Shown in pieces: positions 1 through 7,389 of a DNA stretch of 33,507 nucleotides. How positions within the stretch are numbered: the first letter of the stretch is position 1; the number at the start of each line of letters is the position of its first letter. A program made the translations under genes and the position numbers. Origin of the DNA: an uncultured Erysipelotrichaceae bacterium (lineage in GTDB: Bacteria; Bacillota_I; Bacilli_A; RFN20; CAG-288); the NCBI GenBank assembly GCA_902773085.1, contig CACYDF010000054.1, positions 1 through 33,507 of the forward strand. The letters run 5' to 3'. Under the pieces are notes generated by a model that saw only the letters and a list, made by a program, of their open reading frames with translations, was not told where the DNA came from and searched no databases.

Positions 1-61
1 TAACAGTTAAATTGATTATAGAAAGAAAGATATGTTATATTATTAAAAGTGAGGCTTAACT

Positions 62-613
62 ATGAAAAAACTTTGTATTGTATTTCCAGGAAGAAAATAT
101 AGTTGTGATCGTTCTTTATTATATTTTCCTTCTCGACTCCTTGAAGATAGAGGATATGAAATGATTTATCTTCACTACAATAAAAAAAGAGATCAAGAAG
201 ATAATAGTACAGTTAAAGAAGCTTATAACAAAGCAAAAAAATATACTGCAGAAAAACTTGCAGATGTTGACTATTCAAAATATAACAAGATTGTTTTTAT
301 ATCTAAATCAATAGGCACAGTCTTAGCTGGTGAAATAACTAAGGAATTACCTCAAGATAAAGTCTTTAATATCTTTTTAACTCCGATTGATGAAACTCTT
401 CCCTATATTCGAAAAAAAGATTTAATTATCTGCGGAGATAGAGATCAATATCTTAAAGATGCTAAAAATAAACTTTCAAAATATTCGTATGCTTATTTAT
501 TCCCTTATTCATCTCATTCGCTTGAAAGCAAAGATAGTTCAGAACTGACAACTAAAACAATCAATGATGTTATCTCTATTGTTGATGTTTATTGCGATAG
601 TATTAATGCTTAA
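62..613 (+). CDS. small alpha/beta-hydrolase-fold protein, function unknown
   Basis: 183-aa ORF. ATG 62 has GTGAGG about 8 nt upstream. The nucleophile-elbow-like FISKSIGT, then CGDRD and SSHSLE, give a Ser-Asp-His order typical of small esterases. A hairpin terminator lies directly downstream. Confidence 0.45.
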   Translation: MKKLCIVFPGRKYSCDRSLLYFPSRLLEDRGYEMIYLHYNKKRDQEDNSTVKEAYNKAKKYTAEKLADVDYSKYNKIVFISKSIGTVLAGEITKELPQDKVFNIFLTPIDETLPYIRKKDLIICGDRDQYLKDAKNKLSKYSYAYLFPYSSHSLESKDSSELTTKTINDVISIVDVYCDSINA

Positions 614-636
614 AATTTAATTTTGCATCTAATAAT

Positions 637-670
637 AAAAAACAGTAGTAGAGGTTCTACTACTGTTTTT
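637..670. terminator. bidirectional intrinsic terminator between convergent ORF 62-613 and eno
   Basis: A6 (637-642), CAGTAGTAG (643-651), loop AGGTT, CTACTACTG (657-665), T5 (666-670). The 9-bp stem is perfect, and the flanking A-run and T-run give a hairpin plus U-tract on both strands. Confidence 0.75.
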
Positions 671-688
671 GTATAGATATAATCCTAA

Positions 689-2002
<1,314 letters not shown>

Positions 2003-2137
2003 TCATATATAATTATAATAATTTTGAACAAGTAAATAAACAAAAACTACCAATATTGATAATTTTTTTAGTTTTATCATGAAAAAAGCATAAAACTGTA
2101 ATAATATTATTATTACAAGGTAAAAATAATTCAAAAA

Positions 2138-2164
2138 TTAGCACTCAACACTTGCAAGTGCTAA
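2138..2164 (+). promoter_or_regulatory. CIRCE operator (HrcA-type heat-shock repressor site) upstream of clpB
   Basis: TTAGCACTC (2138-2146), N9, AAGTGCTAA (2156-2164). The consensus is TTAGCACTC-N9-GAGTGCTAA, so there is one mismatch. The element overlaps the -35 box of the clpB promoter. Confidence 0.85.
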
Positions 2165-2180
2165 AAAGAGCGTTTATAAT
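2152..2180 (+). promoter_or_regulatory. sigma-70-type promoter of clpB
   Basis: -35 TTGCAA (2152-2157), 17-nt spacer, -10 TATAAT (2175-2180). It lies about 30 nt upstream of the clpB start, with GGAGGA in the leader. Confidence 0.65.
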
Positions 2181-2209
2181 ATAAGTATATAAATTTGGAG
2201 GATATACTT

Positions 2210-4798
2210 ATGACCGAACAAAAATATACAAATAAAGTAATAGAAGCATTAAACGCAACTACTAATCTTACAAAAGATAAGAAGTTACCAAGTATTGATA
2301 TACCTGTTTTTTTAAGAGTTCTTTATGATCAAGAAAACAGTATGTATCTCAATATATTAAAGAAACTAAATATTGATGTTAAACAAGTTTCTTATATTAT
2401 TGATAATTCCATTTCTTCATCAGTTAGTACAAGTTCAAGTGAAGTTGATACTTCTTCTGATTTTAAGAAGTTACTCTATAATGCAACCAAGTATCAAAAA
2501 GAATTTGAAGATGACTATATGTCAATTGAACATTTAATCCTTGCTCATTTTGATACTTCTCACTCATTAGTAACAAGACTCAAAAAAGAATTTGTTGACT
2601 ACAATAAAAGCAAATTTAAAGAAGTAATTAAAACAATTAGAGGTAATTCTCATGTTACTAGTGATACTCCTGAAAACCAATATGAAGCCTTATCTAAATA
2701 TGGTCGGGATTTAGTTGTTGATGTTGCTAGTGGAAAAATTGATCCTGTCATTGGTAGAGATCAAGAGATACGTCGAGTTATGGAAATCTTATCTAGGAAA
2801 AGTAAAAACAATCCTGTTTTAATCGGTGATCCAGGTGTAGGTAAAACGGCAATTGTTGAAGGTCTTGCTTGGAGAATCTTTAAAGGAGATGTACCTGAAA
2901 TATTAAAAAGAAAAACAATATATGAACTTAATATTGCAAGTTTAATTGCAGGTGCTAAATATCGTGGTGAATTTGAAGAAAGATTAAAAGCAGTCATGAA
3001 AGAAATTGAAGAAAGTGATGGAAATATCATTTTATTCATAGATGAAATTCACACTATTATTGGAGCTGGTAGCGGAGGAGATTCTTCATTGGATGCTGCT
3101 AATATTTTAAAGCCTCTTCTAGCAAGAGGAACTCTTCACTGTATTGGTGCAACTACAATCAATGAATATCGTAAAAACATTGAAAAAGATCCAGCCTTTG
3201 CAAGACGTATGCAAAAAGTATTAGTTGATGAACCAAGTGTTGCTGATTCGATTGCAATACTTAGAGGAATAAAAGATAAATATGAAACGCATCACGGAGT
3301 TGAAATTCTTGATGATGCAATTATCTCTGCTGTAACTTTATCTAAAAGATATATTACAGATAGATTCCTTCCTGATAAAGCAATTGATTTAATTGATGAA
3401 GCATGTGCAAAAGTAAGGATGCAAATAGATACTATGCCTGAAGCTCTTGATGAAGTATCAAGAAAACTTCTTCAACTTCAAATTGAAAAAGTTTCTTTAA
3501 AAAATGATGAAAGTAAAAATGCTAAGACTCATCTTGAAGAAATAACTAAACAAATTAGTGATTTACAATCTCAAAAAGATGAATTAACTGCCAAGTGGTT
3601 AAGTGAAAAAGAACAAATAGATAAACAAAAAGAGATTAAAAAGAAACTTGATATTGCTCGTCTTAATCTTGATAAAGCAATGCAAGAAGCTGATTACAAT
3701 TCAGCAGCTAAGTTACAAAATCAAGAAATACCATTCTTAGAAAATGAACTTAGTAAGTTAAATGATAGAAACAAAGAATCTTCATTTACTCTTGATGTTG
3801 TATCTCAAGAAGTAGTTGCTGAAGTTATCTCTTCAACAACTGGTATTCCTATTAGCAAGTTAACTAAATCTGAAGGAGAAAAAATATTATCCCTTAAAAA
3901 AGATTTAGCTAAAAGAGTCATTGGTCAAGATAATGCACTTGAACAAATCTCTTCTGCCATATTAAGAAATAGAGCAGGCTTATCAAGTGAAAACAAACCC
4001 GTTGGTTCATTTATGTTTTTAGGTCCTACTGGTGTAGGTAAAACCGAAATAGCTAAAGCACTTGCTGAAGAACTTTTTGATAGTGAAAGACAAATAGTCA
4101 GAATTGATATGTCCGAATATATGGAAAAAGAAAATGTTTCTAGGCTCGTTGGAGCTGCTCCTGGATATGTTGGATATGAAGAAGGTGGACAACTTACTGA
4201 AGCAGTAAAAAGGAAACCATATTCTATTGTCCTTTTTGATGAAATTGAAAAAGCCCATCCTGATGTATTTAATATCCTTTTACAAGTTCTTGATGAAGGA
4301 AGATTAACTGACGGTAAAGGAAAGACAGTTGACTTTACAAATACAATTATTATTATGACTAGTAATTTAGGAAGCGAGTTCCTTCTTCAAGGAAATAGTC
4401 AAAAAGAACAAAATGAAGTTTTATCACTCCTTAAAAGAAAATTTAAACCAGAATTTTTAAATAGAATTGATGAAATCGTCATGTTTAATTCCTTAACTAA
4501 AGATGTTGTTGATAAGATTATTGAAAAATTCCTTAATGAAATTAAGGAAAGATTAAAAGAAAAAGATATTGTTTTTAACTTTGATAAATTAGCAATTGAT
4601 GCTATAAATGATGCTTCTTTTGATGTAAGTTATGGAGCTAGACCAATAAGAAGATATATTCAAAATAATATTGAAACTCCTCTTTCAATCTGCTTATTAT
4701 CTAACCAAAATCTATCCTCGTTTAATCTTAGTAGTAAACAAAATAAACTCTTCTTTACTAATAATAGCGGAAAGGTCATTGCTATTCCTCAGTTATAA
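2210..4798 (+). CDS. clpB: ATP-dependent chaperone/disaggregase ClpB
   Basis: The track ORF starts at TTG 2195, but GGAGGA (2197-2202) sits 7 nt before ATG 2210, so 2210 is preferred. There are two AAA+ modules (Walker A GDPGVGKTA and GPTGVGKTE) separated by a long coiled-coil middle domain, which is ClpB architecture. A CIRCE element lies upstream. Confidence 0.95.
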   Translation: MTEQKYTNKVIEALNATTNLTKDKKLPSIDIPVFLRVLYDQENSMYLNILKKLNIDVKQVSYIIDNSISSSVSTSSSEVDTSSDFKKLLYNATKYQKEFEDDYMSIEHLILAHFDTSHSLVTRLKKEFVDYNKSKFKEVIKTIRGNSHVTSDTPENQYEALSKYGRDLVVDVASGKIDPVIGRDQEIRRVMEILSRKSKNNPVLIGDPGVGKTAIVEGLAWRIFKGDVPEILKRKTIYELNIASLIAGAKYRGEFEERLKAVMKEIEESDGNIILFIDEIHTIIGAGSGGDSSLDAANILKPLLARGTLHCIGATTINEYRKNIEKDPAFARRMQKVLVDEPSVADSIAILRGIKDKYETHHGVEILDDAIISAVTLSKRYITDRFLPDKAIDLIDEACAKVRMQIDTMPEALDEVSRKLLQLQIEKVSLKNDESKNAKTHLEEITKQISDLQSQKDELTAKWLSEKEQIDKQKEIKKKLDIARLNLDKAMQEADYNSAAKLQNQEIPFLENELSKLNDRNKESSFTLDVVSQEVVAEVISSTTGIPISKLTKSEGEKILSLKKDLAKRVIGQDNALEQISSAILRNRAGLSSENKPVGSFMFLGPTGVGKTEIAKALAEELFDSERQIVRIDMSEYMEKENVSRLVGAAPGYVGYEEGGQLTEAVKRKPYSIVLFDEIEKAHPDVFNILLQVLDEGRLTDGKGKTVDFTNTIIIMTSNLGSEFLLQGNSQKEQNEVLSLLKRKFKPEFLNRIDEIVMFNSLTKDVVDKIIEKFLNEIKERLKEKDIVFNFDKLAIDAINDASFDVSYGARPIRRYIQNNIETPLSICLLSNQNLSSFNLSSKQNKLFFTNNSGKVIAIPQL

Positions 4799-4826
4799 GT
4801 AGACAAACTCGCTTTATATCAATTAA

Positions 4827-4835
4827 TGATATAAT
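4827..4835 (+). promoter_or_regulatory. extended -10 promoter, probable leaderless transcript for the 4844 CDS
   Basis: TGATATAAT (TGnTATAAT) ends 8 nt before ATG 4844. There is no Shine-Dalgarno in between. Confidence 0.5.
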
Positions 4836-4843
4836 CAATATAG

Positions 4844-5524
4844 ATGAAAGGCAAAAATAATGTACTAATAAAGAGTGTATTAAAAAAATATTTTAGAAGA
4901 GAAGATGTGTTTCTTCTCCCTAATGTTCTTTGCTATATTAGAGTATTTTTAATGATTCTTTTTACTATTATCTATACCCTCTCTCCTGAAGTTGGAAACA
5001 ATAAATTTGCATATGTATATATTTCTTGTGCAATTATGGCTTTAGCAGAATATACTGATTTTCTTGATGGATTTATTGCAAGAAGATTTAATAAGACTAG
5101 TAATCTAGGAAAAGCACTTGATCCAATCTGCGATAAGATTTCTTTACTATGTATTGGTATTGCTCTTACAATAAAATTTTATGATTTTATTTTAGTTATA
5201 TCTTTAGTATCCTTATATGTCTTTAAGGAACTTTGGATGACTCTTTCCGCATTTATTCTTGCATTAAAAGGAAAGACATATAAACAGTCAAGATGGTATG
5301 GGAAAATGTCCACCTTCATCTGCTATTTTACTTTAGGCTTAATGCTTATTGGTGGACCATTCTTAGTTGACTATTATTCAAGTAATGGGGAATATTTATT
5401 ACCTGCTTATTTATTTATTAATATTCTTTCTAGTATTTCAATGTTTTTCTTAGTCTTTGCTCTTGTTGCATATACAATCTATTTCAAGCAAATACTTGAT
5501 AAAAAAGAACTAGATATTGAATAA
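4844..5524 (+). CDS. CDP-alcohol phosphatidyltransferase family protein (PgsA-like phospholipid synthase)
   Basis: 226-aa polytopic membrane ORF carrying the family signature D-x2-DG-x2-AR-x8-G-x3-D-x3-D, seen here as DFLDGFIARRFNKTSNLGKALDPICDK. Confidence 0.85.
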   Translation: MKGKNNVLIKSVLKKYFRREDVFLLPNVLCYIRVFLMILFTIIYTLSPEVGNNKFAYVYISCAIMALAEYTDFLDGFIARRFNKTSNLGKALDPICDKISLLCIGIALTIKFYDFILVISLVSLYVFKELWMTLSAFILALKGKTYKQSRWYGKMSTFICYFTLGLMLIGGPFLVDYYSSNGEYLLPAYLFINILSSISMFFLVFALVAYTIYFKQILDKKELDIE

Positions 5525-5527
5525 GAA

Positions 5528-6109
5528 TTATTTCTTAGATAGAGCTTCTTCAATAGCTCTATTTTCTTTACTTAAAGTATTTAATTTAAATTTAATGTCG
5601 TATTGATTACAAATCTCTCTTATTACATCTTCACTCTTTTGCCTAGAGTCAGAATCGACTTCAAGTTCGTAATCAACCTTACTTCCATACGTGTTTTTAG
5701 AAATATTAATAGGATATCCATTATATGTAGATTCTTGTCTTTCGGTTGCAAGAGAGGCAAGAATTTTTAATTTATCAATATTGATGTGGAGCATTTCTAA
5801 AAAGTCATATATTTCTCCACGAGGAAAGACATTTCTTTCAATTAAAGAAAGTGCATCTTTTTCGTCTATCTTTTGATTCTTTTCTAATAGCCCTTCAGAT
5901 AAAGGGGCTTTTAAAGTTAATTTATATCCTTCTCTTTTTCTAAGTCGAACCATAATATTGTATTTACGTAGTTCTCTTATTTCACTATCTAAAAAGAAAT
6001 TCTCTTGTTTTTTAATATTAGGATTAAAAGTAATTAAACTGAGAAGTTTTTGATAATCTTTTTTTGATAATAGTACCTTAGCTTCAATTTCAATATTATT
6101 ACTAGCCAT
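5528..6109 (-). CDS. CYTH-domain protein (triphosphate tunnel metalloenzyme)
   Basis: 193-aa ORF. The N-terminal IEIEAKVLL matches the ExExK signature of CYTH/CyaB-ThTPase domains. GTGAGGA RBS lies 9 nt upstream of the ATG. Confidence 0.7.
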   Translation of the reverse strand: MASNNIEIEAKVLLSKKDYQKLLSLITFNPNIKKQENFFLDSEIRELRKYNIMVRLRKREGYKLTLKAPLSEGLLEKNQKIDEKDALSLIERNVFPRGEIYDFLEMLHINIDKLKILASLATERQESTYNGYPINISKNTYGSKVDYELEVDSDSRQKSEDVIREICNQYDIKFKLNTLSKENRAIEEALSKK

Positions 6110-6191
6110 ATATTTTTCCTCACTTTATATTATACTTTAAACTCGCCGATTTATTTTATCTTTTCCATATTCTATTTCCTTATTCTAGATA

Positions 6192-6200
6192 TGATAAAAT
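6192..6200 (+). promoter_or_regulatory. extended -10 promoter of nadK (very short leader)
   Basis: TGATAAAAT ends 13 nt before ATG 6214. No SD-like sequence lies between them. Confidence 0.4.
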
Positions 6201-6213
6201 AATACTCGTAATT

Positions 6214-6975
6214 ATGAATCTTAAAACTAAATCATTCCTTATTCATCGATATAAAACAACTACTAAAGAAGATAAACTTATTGATTCAATTAAAGATATT
6301 CTTATTTCGAAAGGTTTTACATATGATGAAAATAAAGGTGAACTTGCCCTCATTTTTGGTGGAGATGGATCTTTATTTCATTTTGCAAACAAAACTAACT
6401 ATTCTAAAAAGTACGCACTAATTAACTGTGGACATCTAGGATATTATTCAGATTATCCAATTGATAAATTTGCTTCTGCTTTAGAAAAAGCTAGTGATTT
6501 CTTTTTAGAAGAAATTCCTTGTTATTTACTTAACGTAAATAAAAAAGAATTATTATTTGTAAATGATACTTACTTTATTGAAAATAAACCAATTGAAATA
6601 GAACTAGTAGTTAATTCAAATACTATTTTTAAAATGAAAGCCAATGGACTAGTTTTAGGAACTAGTATAGGAAGTTCAGGATATTTAAATTCTTTAAATA
6701 TGCCTATTGATTTATCTAATAAAAATAATTTATTATTTTCTCTTGTAGCACCTATTAAAAATAAACTTAATAAGAATAGTGTGGATAAAGGAATTCTTTC
6801 AATTAATGATATAGTTGAAGTTAACATTTCTTCACCTATTGATTTATTCCATGATGGGATTAAAGAAGACGAAAAAGTTAAAAGTTTTAAAGTATCAAAA
6901 TCAAATAAAAAAATGTATTTGATACATTTAGGAAATATCTCAAATCTTGAAAGAGTCAAAAAAGCATTTAATTAA
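6214..6975 (+). CDS. nadK: NAD(+) kinase
   Basis: 253-aa ORF with the GGDGSLFH (GGDG) motif and the later NGLVLGTSIGSSGY segment, which corresponds to the conserved TPTGSTAY region of NAD kinases. Confidence 0.85.
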   Translation: MNLKTKSFLIHRYKTTTKEDKLIDSIKDILISKGFTYDENKGELALIFGGDGSLFHFANKTNYSKKYALINCGHLGYYSDYPIDKFASALEKASDFFLEEIPCYLLNVNKKELLFVNDTYFIENKPIEIELVVNSNTIFKMKANGLVLGTSIGSSGYLNSLNMPIDLSNKNNLLFSLVAPIKNKLNKNSVDKGILSINDIVEVNISSPIDLFHDGIKEDEKVKSFKVSKSNKKMYLIHLGNISNLERVKKAFN

Positions 6976-6987
6976 AGGAGGAATAAA

Positions 6988-7353
6988 ATGAATACAGCTG
7001 TACTTGTTGTTATAATTGTCGCATCTATATTAGTTATTGGACTAATTGCTTATTTAGTTTATTTCATCCAAAAGAAAAAAAAGATTCAAGAAAGTGAAGA
7101 AGCTGCATCACAAGTTGTCGATGAATCAACTAGTGATTTAGCAAAATTATTTGGTAGTAAAAAAAACATCAAAGCAATTACTTCTACTGGCTCAAGAGTA
7201 TCAGTAGAACTAAATGATATAACTCTAGTTGATATTGACAAAATAAAAGAAATATATAAAGATGTTCTTTTTACAAATAATAAAGTTGTCTTTGTTATTG
7301 GTGAAAAAAGTAAAGAATTTGCTGCTCAACTGGAAAAGAAAATTAATGGTTAA
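6988..7353 (+). CDS. membrane-anchored PTS-EIIB-like domain protein lacking the catalytic Cys
   Basis: 121-aa ORF with AGGAGG RBS. It has one N-terminal TM helix (VLVVIIVASILVIGLIAYLVYFI). LFGSKKNIKAITSTGSRVSVELND...VVFVIGEKS follows the glucose-type EIIB pattern GGKENI..hCaTRLR...vViG, but with Thr-Gly in place of the phospho-Cys. Confidence 0.5.
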   Translation: MNTAVLVVIIVASILVIGLIAYLVYFIQKKKKIQESEEAASQVVDESTSDLAKLFGSKKNIKAITSTGSRVSVELNDITLVDIDKIKEIYKDVLFTNNKVVFVIGEKSKEFAAQLEKKING

Positions 7354-7358
7354 TAAAT

Positions 7359-7389
7359 AAGGTTCACTTAGTTAAGTGAACCTTTTTTT
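7359..7389. terminator. intrinsic terminator between convergent 6988 CDS and the 915-aa lipoprotein gene
   Basis: AAGGTTCACTTA (7359-7370) pairs with TAAGTGAACCTT (7373-7384), followed by a T-run to 7389. The T-run overlaps the stop codon of the minus-strand gene. Confidence 0.75.

Noticed and set aside
2195-2209. TTG start given by the track for clpB (also TTG 15289 for the Flg_new lipoprotein and TTG 26490 for the giant gene)
   Set aside because: In each case the TTG lies within or upstream of the RBS or the -10 box that serves a downstream ATG (2210, 15262, 26466). The extensions would bury the ribosome-binding site, or the lipoprotein signal peptide, inside the protein.
2761-4258. Minus-strand ORFs 2761-3039 and 4019-4258 inside clpB
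   Set aside because: Both are antisense to the conserved AAA+ modules of clpB and have no start context or motifs. They are shadow ORFs.
5691-6959. ORFs 5691-5876 (+) and 6570-6959 (-) overlapping the CYTH gene and nadK
   Set aside because: They are antisense to genes with clear family motifs, are I/L/F/S-rich as expected from AT-rich antisense frames, and have no RBS.
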